64,000 nucleotides of DNA from the human T2T-CHM13v2.0 reference genome, Homo sapiens. The notes under the pieces are model-generated. The model was not told the DNA's origin, searched no databases, and saw only the letters and a list, made by a program, of their open reading frames with translations. Numbering within the stretch: position 1 is the stretch's first letter; each line of letters begins with the position of its first letter. Shown piece by piece: positions 42,201 to 55,560 of this stretch. Made by a program: the position numbers and the translations under genes. Where the stretch lies: the NCBI RefSeq assembly GCF_009914755.1, contig NC_060933.1. One strand, 5' to 3'.

Positions 42201-43020
42201 TTCCATTCCATTCCATTCCATTCCATTCCATTCCATTCCATTCCATTGTACTCGGGTTGATTCCATTCCATTGCATTCCATTCCATTCCATTCCATTCCA
42301 TTCCATTCCGTTGCATTCCATTCCATTACATTCGGATTGATTCTATTCAACTCCCTTACTCTCCATTACATTCCATTCCATTCGGGTTGTTCCATTCCAT
42401 TCCATTCCATTCCACTCCATTCCATTGCACTAGGGTTGATTCCATTCCATTCCATTCCAATCCATGCCCTTCCACTCGTGTTGATTCCATTCTTTCCATT
42501 CCATTCAAGTTGAATCCATTCCATTGCATTCCATTCCATTCGATTCCATTCGATTGCACTTGGGTTGATTCCATTCCATTGCATTCCATTCCATTCTATT
42601 CCATTCCATTCCATTCCGTTCCATTCCATTCCGTTACATTCGGATTGATTCTATTCAATTCCCTTACACTTCATTACATTCCATTCCATTCGGGTAGTTT
42701 CCACTCCATTCCATTCCATTCCTCTCCATTCCATTGCACTCGGGTTGATTCCATTCCATTGCATTACATTCCATTCCATTCAATTCCATTCCGTTCCATT
42801 CCATTCCATTACATTCGGATTGATTCTCTTCAACTCCCTTAGTCTCCATTACATTCGATTCCATTCGGGTTGTTCCATTCCATTCCATTCCATTCCACTG
42901 CATTCCATTGCACTCGGGTTGATTCCATTCCATTCCATTCCATTCCATTCCATTCCATTCCGGAAGATTCCATTCCATTGCATTCCATTCCATTCCATTC
43001 CCCTGCACTCGCGTTGATTC
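39230..43020 (-). repeat. Interleaved direct duplications (offsets about 2.1 kb and 2.8 kb)
   Basis: CCGTTACATT...CTTACACTTCATTAC at 40531/42631 (offset 2100); TGCACTAGGG at 39651/42426 (offset 2775). Confidence 0.75.
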
Positions 43021-46000
43021 CATTCCATTCCATTCCATTCCATTCCATTCCATTCCATTCCATTCCATTCCATTCCTTTCCGTTCCATTCCATTCCGTTC
43101 CATTCGATTCCAATCCATTCCTTTCCTTTCCGTTCCGTTCCATTCCATTCCATTCCATTCTATTCGGGTTAATTCCATTCCATTCCATTCGATTGCAATC
43201 GAGTTGATTCCATTCCATTCTATTCCATTCCATTCCATTCCTTTCCATTCCATTACGGATGATTCCACTCCATTGCATTCCATTCCATTCCATTCCCCTG
43301 TACTCGGGTTGATTCCATTCCATTTCATTCCAATCCATGCCATTCCACTCGTGTTGATTCCATTCTTTGCATTCCATTCAAGTTGAATCCATTCCATTGC
43401 ATTCCATTCCATTCCATTACCCTGCAGTCGGGTTGATTCCATTCCATTCCATTCAATTCCATTCCATTCCATTCCATTCCATTCCGTTCCGTTCTATTCC
43501 ATTCCATTCCATTCTATTCGGGTTAATTCCATTCCATTCCATTCCATTCCATTCCAATCGAGTTGATTCCATTCCATTCCATTCCATTCCATTCCATTCC
43601 ACTCCAATCCAGTCCTTTCCATTCCATTCCACTCGCGTTGATTCCAATGTATTCCTTTCCATTCCATTCCATTCCATTGCATTCGAGTTGATTCCATTGC
43701 TTTGCATTCCATTCCATTCCATTCCATTCCGGGTGATTCCATTCGATTGCATTCCATTCCATTCCATTCCCCTGCACTCGGGTTGATTCCATTCCATTCC
43801 ACTCCATTCCGTTCCATTCCATTCCATTGCATTGTATTCGGGTTAATTCCATTCCATTCCATTCCATTCCATTCCATTACAATCGAGTTGATTCCATTCC
43901 ATTCCATTCCATTCCAGTCCTTTCCATTCCATTCCACTCGGGTTGATTCCATTCTATTAGTTTCCATTCCATTCCATTCCCTTCCATTCCACTCTGGTTG
44001 ATACCATTCCTTTGCATTCCACTCGAATACATTCCCTCCTATTCCACTCGGAACGATTCCATTCCATTCCATTCCATTCCATTCCATTCCATTCCATTCC
44101 ATTCCATTCCATTTCGTTCCATTCCATTCTATTCCGTATCATTCCATTCCATTCCATTCCATTCCATTCCATTGTACTCGGGTTGATTCAATTCCATTGC
44201 ATTCCATTCCATTCCATTCCATTCCATTCCATTACATTCCGTTGTATTCCATTCCATTACATTCGGATTGATTCTATTCAACTCCCTTACTCTCCATTAC
44301 ATTCCATTGCACTCGGGTTGATTCCATTCCATTCCATTCCATTCCATTCCATTCCGGATGATTCCATTCCATTGCATTCCGTTCCGTTACATTCCCCTGC
44401 ACTCGCGTTGATTCCATTCCATTCCATTCCATTCCATTCCATTCCATTCAATTCCATTCCATTACAATTCGTTCCATTCCATTCCATTCCATACCATTCC
44501 ATTCCATTCCATTCCGTTCCATTCCGTTCTATTCCATTCCATTCCATTCTATTCGGATTAATTCCATTCCATTCCATTCCATTCCATTCTATTCCATTCC
44601 ATTGCAATCGAGTTGAATCGATTGTATTTCATTCCATTCCATTCCATTCCGGAAGATTCCATTCCATTGCATTCCATTCCATTCCATTCCCCTGCACTCC
44701 CGTTGATTCCATTCCATTCCATTCCATTCCATTCCATTCCATTCCGTTCCGTACCGTTCCATTCCATTCCATTCCATTCCATTCCGTTCCGTTCCATTCC
44801 ATTCCATTCCATTCCATTCCATTCTATTCGTGTTAATTCCATTCCATTCCATTCCATTCCATTCCATTCCATTCCATTACAATCGAGTTGATTCCATTCC
44901 ATTCCATTGCATTCCAGTCCTTTCCATTCCATTCCTCTCGGGTTGATTCCATTCTATTAGTTTCCATTCCATTCCATTCCCTTCCATTCCACTCTGGTTG
45001 ATTCCATTCCTTTCCATTCCACTCGAGTATATTCCCACCTATTCCACTCGGAACGATTCCATTCCATTCCATTCCATTCCATTCCATTCCATTCCATTTC
45101 GTTCCATTCCATTCTATTCCGTATCATTCCATTCCATTCCATTCCATTCCATTCCATTCCATTCCATTCCATTCCATTCCATTGTACTCGGGTTGATTCA
45201 ATTCCATTGCATTCCATTCCATTCCATTCCATTCCATTCCGTTGCATTCCATTCCATTACATTCGGATTGATTCTATTCAACTCCCTTACTCTCCATTAC
45301 TTTCCATTCCATTCGGGTTGTTCCATTCCATTCCATTCCATTCCACTCCATTCAATTGCACTCGGGTTGATTCCATTCCATTCCATTCCATTCCATTCCA
45401 TTCCGGATGATTCCATTCCATTGCATTCCGTTCCATTACATTTCCCTGCACTCGCGTTGATTCCATTCCATTCCATTCAATTCCATTCCATTACAATTCG
45501 TTCCATTCCATTCTATTCCGTACCATTCCATTCCATTCCATACCATTCCATTCCATTCCATTCCATTCCATTCCGTTCCATTCCGTTCCATTCCATTCCA
45601 TTCCATTCTATTCGAATTAATTCCATTCCATTCCATTCCATTCCATTCTATTCCATTCCATTGCAATCGAGTTGAATCCATTGCATATCATTCCATTCCA
45701 TTCCATTCCATTCCATTCCATTCCGGAAGATTCCATTCCATTGCATTCCATTCCATTCCATTCCCCTGAACTCGCGTTGATTCCATTCCATTCCATTCCA
45801 TTCCATTCCATTCCGTTCCGTTCCGTTCCATTAAATTCCATTCCATTCCATTCCGTTCCGTTCCATTCCATTCCATTCCATTCTATTCGGGTTAATTCCA
45901 TTCCATTCCATTCGATTGCAATCGAGTTGATTCCATTCCATTCCATTCCATTCCATTCCATTCCATTCCATTCCATTCCATTCCGGAAGATTCCATTCCA

Positions 46001-49000
46001 TTCCATTCCATTCCGTTCCGTTCCATTCCATTCCATTCCATTCTATTCGGGTTAATTCCATTCCATTCCATTCGATTGCAATCGAGTTGATTCCATTCCA
46101 TTCCATTCCATTCCATTCCATTCCATTCCTTTCCATTCCATTACGGATGATTCCATTCCATTGCATTCCATTCCATTCCATTCCCCTATACTCGGGTTGA
46201 TTCCATTCCATTCCATTCCAATCCATGCCATTCCACTCGTGTTGATTCCATTCTTTCCATTCCATTGAAGTTGAATCCATTCCATTGCATTCCATTCCAT
46301 TCGATTCCATTCGATTGCACTCGGGTTGATTCCATTCCATTGCATTCCATTCCATTCCATTCCATTCCATTCCGTTCCATTCCATTTCATTACATTCAGA
46401 TTGATTCTATTCAATTCCCTTACACTCCATTATATTCCAATCCATTCTGGTTGTCTCCATTCCATTCCATTCCATTTCACTCCATTCCATTGCACTCGGG
46501 TTGATTCCATTCCATTCCATTCCATTGCATTCCATTCCATTCCATTCCGGATGATTCCATTCCATTGCATTCCATTCCATTGCATTCCCCTGCACTCGGG
46601 TTGATTCCATTCCATTCCATTCCATTCCTTTCCGTTCCATTCCATTCCATTCCATTCCATTCCAAAGCATTCCATTCCGTTCCGTTCCATTCCATTCCAT
46701 TCTATTCGGGTTAATTCCATTCCATTCCATTCGTTTGCAATCGAGTTGATTCCATTCCATTCCATTCCATTCCATTCCATTCCATTCCTTTCCATTCCAT
46801 TACGGATGATTCCATTCCATTGCATTCCATTCCATTCCACTCCATTCCAGTCCTTTCCATTCCATTCCACTCGGGTTGATTCCAATGTATTCCTTTCCAT
46901 TCCATTCCATTCCTTTGCAATCGAGTTGATTCCATTGCATTGCATTCCATTCCATTCCATTCCATTCCGGATGATTCCATTCCATTGCATTCCATTCCAT
47001 TCCATTCCCCTGCACTCGGGTTGATTCCATTCTATTCCACTCCATTCCGTTCCATTCCATTCCATTGCATTGTATTCGGGTTAATTCCATTCCATTCCAT
47101 TCCATTCCATTCCATTCCATTACAATCGAGTTGATTCCATTCCATTCCATTCCATTCCAGTCCTTTCCATTCCATTCCTCTTGGGTTGTTTCCATTCTAT
47201 TAGTTTCCATTCCATTCCATTCCCTTCCATTCCACTCTGGTTGATTCCATTCCTTTCCATTCCACTCGAATACATTCCCTCCTATTCCACTCGGAACGAT
47301 TCCATTCCATTCCATTCCATTCTATTCCATTCCATTCCATTCCATTCCATTGCATTTCGTTCCATTCCATTCTATTCCGTAACATTCCATTCCATTCCAT
47401 TCCCTTCCATTCCATTCCATTCCTTTCCATTCCATTGTACTCGGGTTGATTCAATTCCATTGCATTCCATTCCATTCCACTCCATTCCATTCCGTTGCAT
47501 TCCATTCCATTACATTCGGATTGATTCTATTCAACTCCCTTACTCTCCATTACATTCCATTCCATTCGGGTTGTTCCATTCCATTCCATTCCTTTCCACT
47601 CCATTCCATTGCACTCAGGTTGATTCCATTCCATTCCATTCCACTCCATTCCATTGCACTCGGGTTGATTCCATTCCATTCCATTCCATTCCATTCCATT
47701 CCATTACATTGCGGATGATTCCATTCCATTGCATTCCGTTCCATTACATTCCCCTGCACTCGCGTTGATTCCATTCCATTCCATTCCATTCCATTCAATT
47801 CCATTGCATTACAATTCGTTCCATTCCATTCCATTCCGTACCATTCCATTCCATTCCACACCATTCCATTCCATTCCATTCCGTTCCATTCCGTTTCATT
47901 CCACTCCATTCCATTCTATTCGAATTAATTCCATTCCATTCCATTCCATTCCATTCTATTCCATTCCATTGCAATCGAGTTGAACCCATTGCATTTCATT
48001 CCATTCCATTCCATTCCATTCCATTCCGGAAGATTCCATTCCATTTCATTCCATTCCATTCCATTCTCCTGCACTCGCGTTGATTCCATTCCATTCCATT
48101 CCATTCCATTCCATTCCATTCCATTCCGTTCCGTTCCATTCCATTCCATTCCATTCCATTACGTTCCGTTCCGTTCCATTCCATTCCATTCCATTCTATT
48201 CGAGTTAATTCCATTCCATTCCATTCGATTGTAATCGAGTTGATTCCATTCCATTCCATTCCATTCCATTCCATTCCATTCCATTCCATTCCATTTCATT
48301 CCGGAAGATTCCATTCCATTGCATTCCATTCCATTCCATTCCCCTGCACTCGCGTTGATTCCATTCCATTCCATTCCATTCCATTCCATTCCATTCCGTT
48401 CCGTTCCATTCCATTCCATTCCATTCCATTCCATTCCGTTCCGTTCCATTCCATTCCATTCCATTCTATTCGGGTTAATTCCATTCCATTCCATTCAATT
48501 GCAATCGAGTTGATTCCATTCCATTCCATTCCATTCCATTCCTTTCCATTACATTACGGATGATTCCATTCCATTGCATTCCATTCCATTCCATTCCCCT
48601 GCACTCGGGTTGATTCCATTCCATTCCACTCCATTCCGTTCCATTCCATTCCATTGCATTGTATTCGGGTTAATTCCATTCCATTCCATTCCATTCCATT
48701 CCATTCCATTACAATCGAGTTGATTCCTTTCCATTCCATTCCATTCCAGTCCTTTCCATTCCACTCTGGTTGATTCCATTCCTTTCCATTCCACTCGAAT
48801 ACATTCCCTCCTATTCCACTCGGAACGATTCCATTCCATTCCATTCCATTCCATTCCATTCCATTCCATTCCATTCCATTCCATTCCATTTCGTTCCATT
48901 CCATTCTATTCCGTATCATTCCATTCCATTCCATTCCATTCCATTCCATTCCATTCCATTCCATTGTACTCGGGTTGATTCCATTCCATTGCATTCCATT

Positions 49001-50439
49001 CCATTCCATTCCTTTCCATTCGGATTGATTCTATTCAACTCCCTTACTCTCCATTACATTCCATTCCATTCGGGTTGTTCCATTCCATTCAATTCCATTC
49101 CACTCCATTCCATTGCACTCGGGTTGATTCCATTCCATTCCATTCCATTCCATTCCATTCCATTCCATTCCGGATGATTCCATTCCATTGCATTCCTTTC
49201 CATTACATTCCCCTGCACTCGCGTTGATTCCATTCCATTCCATTCAATTCCATTCCATTACAATTCGTTCCATTCCATTCTATTCCATACCATTCCATTC
49301 CATTCCATACCATTCCATTCCATTCCATTCCATTCCGTTCCATTCCGTTCCAATCCATTCCATTCCACTCTATTCAGATTAATTCCATTCCATTCCATTC
49401 CATTCCATTCTATTCCATTCCATTGCAATCGAGTTGAATCCATTGCATTTCATTCCATTCCATTCCATTCCATTCCATTCCGGAAGATTCCATTCCATTG
49501 CATTCCATTCCATTCCATTCCCCTGCACTCGCGTTGATTCCATTCCATTCCATTCCATTCCATTCCGTTCCGTTCCATTCCATTCCATTCCATTCCATTC
49601 CATTCCGTTCCGTTCCATTCCATTCCATTCCATTCTATTCGGGTTAATTCCATTCCATTCCATTCGATTGCAATCGTGTTGATTCCATTCCATTCCATTC
49701 CATTCCATTCCATTCCATTCCTTTCCATTCCATTACGGATGATTCCATTCCATTGCATTCCATTCCATTCCATTCCCCTGTACTCGGGTTGATTCCATTC
49801 CATTCCATTCCAATCCATGCCATTCCACTCGTGTTGATTCCATTCTTTCCATTCCATTCAAGTTGAATCCATTCCATTGCATTCCATTCCATTCCATTCC
49901 CCTGCAGTCGGGTTGATTCCATTCCATTCCATTCCATTCCATTCCATTCCATTCCATTCCATTCCATTCCGTTCCGTTCCATTCCATTCCATTCCTTTCT
50001 ATTCGGGTTAATTCCATTCCATTCCATTCCATTCCATTTCATTCCATTCCAATCAAGTTGATTCCATTCCTTTCCATTCCATTCAATTCCATTCCATTCC
50101 ATTCCACTCCATTCCAGTCCTTTCCATTCCATTCCACTCGGGTTGATTCCAATGTATTCCTTTCCATTCCATTCCTTTCCATTGCAATCGAGTTGATTCC
50201 ATTGCTTTCCATTCCATTCCATTCCATTCCATTCCGGATGATTCCATTCCATTGCATTCCATTCCATTCCATTCCCCTGCACTCGCATTGATTCCATTCC
50301 ATTCCATTCCATTCCATTCCATTCCGTTCCATTCCATTCCATTACATTCGGATTGATTCTATTCAATTCCCTTACACTCCATTACATTCCATTCCATTCG
50401 GGTAGTTTCCATTCCATTCCATTCCATTCCTCTCCATTC

Positions 50440-53400
50440 CATTGCACTCGGGTTGATTCCATTCCATTGCATTCCATTCCATTCCATTCAATTCCATTCC
50501 GTTCCATTCCATTCCATTACATTCGGATTGATTCTATTCAACTCCCTTACTCTCCATTACATTCCATTCCATTCGGGTTGTTCCATTCCATTCCATTCCA
50601 TTCCACTCCATTCCATTGCACTCGGGTTTATTCCATTCCATTCCATTCCATTCCATTCCATTCCATTCCATTCCAGAAGATTCCATTCCATTGCATTCCA
50701 TTCCATTCCATTCCCCTGCACTCGCGTTCATTCCATTCCATTCCATTCCTTTCCGTTCCATTCCATTCCATTCCATTCCATTCCATTCCGTTCCGTTCCG
50801 TTCCGTTCCGTTCCGTTCCATTCCATTCCATTCTATTCGGGTTAATTCCATTCCATTCCATTCGACTGCATTCGAGTTGATTCCATTCCATTCCATTCCA
50901 TTCCATTCCATTCCCTTCCATTCCATTCCATTCCTTTCCATTCCATTACGGATGATTCCATTCCATTGCATTCCATTCCATTCCATTCCCCTGTACTCGG
51001 GTTGATTCCATTCCATTCCATTCCAATCCATGCCATTCCACTCGTGTTGATTCCATTCTTTCCATTCCATTCAAGTTGAATCCATTCCATTGCATTCCAT
51101 TCCATTCCATTCCCCTGCAGTCGGGTTGATTCCATTCCATTCCATTCCATTCCATTCGATTCCATTCCGTTCCGTTCCGTTCCATTCCATTCCATTCCAT
51201 TCCATTCTATTCGGGTTAATTCCATTCCATTCCATTCCATTCCATTCCATTCCAATCGAGTTGATTCCATTCCATTCCATTCCATTCCATTCCACTCCAT
51301 TCCAGTCCTTTCCATTCCATTCCACTCGGGTTGATTCCAATGTATTCCTTTCCATTCCATTCCATTCCATTGCAATCGAGTTGATTCCATTGCTTTGCAT
51401 TCCATTTCATTCCATTCCATTCCGGATGATTCCATTCCATTGCATTCCATTCCATTCCATTCCCCTGCACTCGGGTTGATTCCATTCCATTCCACTCCAT
51501 TCCGTTCCATTCCATTCCATTCCATTGTATTCGGGTTAATTCCATTCCATTCCATTCCATTCCATTCCATCACAATCGAGTTGGTTCCATTCCATTCCTT
51601 TCCATTCCATTCCATTCCATTCCATTCCGGATGATTCCATTCGATTACATTCCGTTCCATTACATTCCCCTGCACTCGGGTTGATTCCATTCCATTCCAT
51701 TCCATTCCATTCCATTCCATTCCATTCCAATTCTTTCCATTCCATTCTATTCCGTACCATTCCATACCATTCCATACCGTTCCATTCCATTCCATTCCGT
51801 TCCATTCCATTCCGTTCCGTTCCGTTCCGTTCCATTCCAATCCATTCCATTTTATTCGGGTTAATTCCATTCCATTCCATTCCATTCCATTCTATTCCAT
51901 TCCATTGCCATCGAGTTGAAACCATTTCATTCCATTCCATTCCATTCCGCAAGATTCCATTCCATTGCATTCCATTCCATTCCATTCAACTGCACTCGCG
52001 TTGATTCCATTCCATTCCATTCCATTCCATTCCATTCCATTCCGTTCCTTTCCGTTCCATTCCATTCCATTCCATTCCATTCCGTTCCGTCCCGTTCCGT
52101 TCCATTTGATTCCATTCTATTCGGGTTAATTCCATTCCATTCCATTCGATTGCAATCGAGGTGATTCCATTCCACTCCATTCCATTCCATTCCATTCCAT
52201 TCCATTCCTTTCCATTCCATTACGGATGATTCCATTCCATTGCATTCCGTTCCATTACATTCCCCTGCACTCGCGTTAATTCCATTCCATTCCATTCAAT
52301 TCCATTCCACTACAATTCGTTACATTCCATTCTATTCCGTACCATTCCATTCCATTCCATACCATTCCATTCCATTCCATTCCATTCCATTCCATTCCGT
52401 TCCATTGCATTCCATTCCATTGTATTCGGGTTAATTCCATTCCATTCCATTCCATTCCATTCTATTCCATTCCATTGCAATCTAGTTGAATCCATTGCAT
52501 TCCATTCCTTTCCATTCCATTCCATTCCATTCCGGAAGATTCCATTCCATTGCATTCCATTCCATTCCATTCCCGTGCACTCGCGTTGATTCCATTCCAT
52601 TCCATTCCGTTCCGTTCCATTCCATTCCATTCCATTCCATTCCATTCCATTCCATTCCGTTCCTTTCCATTCCATTCCATTCCATTCTATTCGGGTTAAT
52701 TCCATTCCATTCCATTCGATTGCAATCGAGTTGATTCCATTCCATTGCATTCCATTCCATTCGATTCCATTCGATTGCACTCGGGTTGATTCCTTTCCAT
52801 TGCATTCCATTCCATTCCATTCCATTCCATTCCATTCCATTCCATTCCATTCCGTTCCATTCCTTTCCATTATATTCGGATTGATTCTATTCAATTCCCT
52901 TACACTCCATTACATTCCATTCCATTCGGGTATTTTCCACTCCATTCCATTCCATTCCTCTCCATTCCATTGCACTCGGGTTGATTCCATTCCATTGCAT
53001 TCCATTCCATTCCATTCAATTCCATTCCTTTCCATTCCATTCCATTACATTCGGATTGATTCTATTCAACTCCCTTACTCTCTATTACATTCCATTCCAT
53101 TCGGGTTGTTCCATTCCATTCCATTCCATTCCACTCCATTCCATTGCACTCGGGTTGATTCCATTCCATTCAATTCCATTCCATTCCGGAAGATTCCATT
53201 CCATTGCATTCCATTACATTCCATTCCCCTGCACTCGCGTTGATTCCATTCCATTCCATTCCATTCCATTCCGTTCCGTTCCGTTCCGTTCCATTCCATT
53301 CCATTCCATTCCATTCCATTCCGTTCCGTTCCATTCCATTCCATTCCATTCTATTTGGGTTAATTCCATTCCATTCCATTCTATTGTAATCGTGTTGATT

Positions 53401-55560
53401 CCAATCCATTCCATTCCATTCCATTCCATACCATTCCATTCCTTTCCATTCCATTACGGATGGTTCCATTCCATTGCATTCCATTCCATTCCATTCCACT
53501 GTACTCGGGTTGATTCCATTCCATTGCATTCCAATCCATGCCATTCCACTCGTGTTGATTCCATTCTTTCCATTCCATTCAAGTTGAATCCATTCCATTG
53601 CATTCCATTCCATTCGATTCCATTCGATTGCACTCGGGTTGATTCCATTCCATTGCATTCCATTCCATTCCATTGCATTCCATTCCATTCCATTCCGTTC
53701 CATTCCATTCCATTACATTCGGATTGATTCTATTCAATTCCCTTACACTCCATTACATTAAATTCCATTCGGGTAGTTTCCATTCCATTCCATTCCATTC
53801 CTCTCCATTCCATTGCACTCGGGTTGATTTCATTCCATTGCATTCCATTCCATTCCATTCAATTCCATTCCGTTCCATTCCATTCCATTACATTCGGATT
53901 GATTCTATTCAACTCCCTTACTCTCCATTACATTCCATTCCATTCGGGTTGTTCCATTCCATTCCATTCAATTCCAATCCATTCCTCTCCATTCCATTGC
54001 ACTCGGGTTGATTCCATTCCATTGCATTCCATTCCATTCCATTCAATTCCATTCCGTTCCATTCCATTCCATTACATTCGGATTGATTCTATTCAACTCC
54101 CTTACTCTCCATTACATTCCATTCCATTCGGGTTGTTCCATTCCATTCCATTCCATTCCACTCCATTCAATTGCACTCGGGTTTATTCCATTCCATTCCA
54201 TTCCATTCCATTCCATTCCATTCCAGAAGATTCCATTCCATTGCATTCCATTCCATTCCATTCCCCTGCACTCGCGTTCATTCCATTCCATTCCATTCCA
54301 TTCCATTCCATTCCATTCCTTTCCGTTCCATTCCATTCCATTCCATTCCATTCCATTCCATGCCATTCCGTTCCGTTCCGTTCCATTCCATTCCATTCCA
54401 TTCTATTCGGGTTTATTCCATTCCATTCCATTCGACTGCATTCGAGTTGATTCCATTCAATTCCATTCCATTCCATTCCATTCCATTCCATTCCATTCCT
54501 TTCCATTCCATTACGGATGATTCCATTCCATTGCATTCCATTCCATTCCATTCCCCTGTACTCGGGTTGATTCCATTCCATTCCATTCCAATCCATGCCA
54601 TTCCACTCGTGTTGATTCCATTCTTTGCAATCCATTCAAGTTGAATCCATTACATTGCATTCCATTCCTTTCCATTCCCCTGCAGTCGGGTTGATTCCAT
54701 TCCATTCCATTCCATTCCATTCCACTCCATTCCATTCCGTTCCGTTCCGTTCCATTCCATTCCATTCCATTCCATTCTATTCGGGTTAATTCCATTCCAT
54801 TCCATTCCATTCCATTCCATTCCATTCCAATCGAGTTGATTCCATTCCATTCCATTCCATTCCACTCCATTCCAGTCCTTTCCATTCCATTCCACTCGTG
54901 TTGATTCCAATGTATTCCTTTCCATTCCATTCCATTCCATTGCAATCGAGTTGATTCCATTGCTTTGCATTCCATTCCATTCCATTCCATTCCGGATGAT
55001 TCCATTCCATTGCATTCCATTCCATTCCATTCCGCTGCACTCGGGTTGATTCCATTCCATTGCACTCCATTCCGTTCCATTCCATTCCATTCCATTGTAT
55101 TCGGGTTAATTCCATTCCATTCCATTCCATTCCATTCCATTCCATTCCATTCCATTCCATTCCATCACAATCGAGTTGGTTCCATTCCATTCCATTCCAT
55201 TCCATTCCATTCCATTCCATTCCGGATGATTCCATTCGATTACATTCCGTTCCATTACATTCCCCTGCACTCGGGTTGATTCCATTCCATTCCATTCCAT
55301 TCCATTCGATTCCATTCCATTCCAATTCTTTCCATTCCATTCTATTCCGTACCATTCCATTCCATTCCATACCATTCCATTCCATTCCATTCCATTCCGT
55401 TCCGTTCTGTTCCGTTCCATCCCAATCCATTCCATTTTATTCGGGTTAATTCCATTCCATTCCATTCCATTCCATTCTATTCCATTCCATTGCAATCGAG
55501 TTGAGTCCATTTCATTCCATTCCATTCCATTCCGGAAGATTCCATTCCATTGCATTCCAT
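50440..55560 (-). repeat. Direct block duplication, about 50440-51960 vs 54000-55560 (offset about 3.55-3.6 kb)
   Basis: TTCCAGAAGA at 50671/54221, CTCGCGTTCA at 50721/54271, TTCGACTGCATTCGAG at 50861/54431 and CACAATCGAGTTGG at 51571/55166. Confidence 0.85.

Noticed and set aside
50440-55560. DYZ1 (chrY, about 3.6-kb HSat3 unit), suggested by the 3.55-3.6 kb offset
   Set aside because: The offset applies to one block pair only and is not a continuing period across the window.
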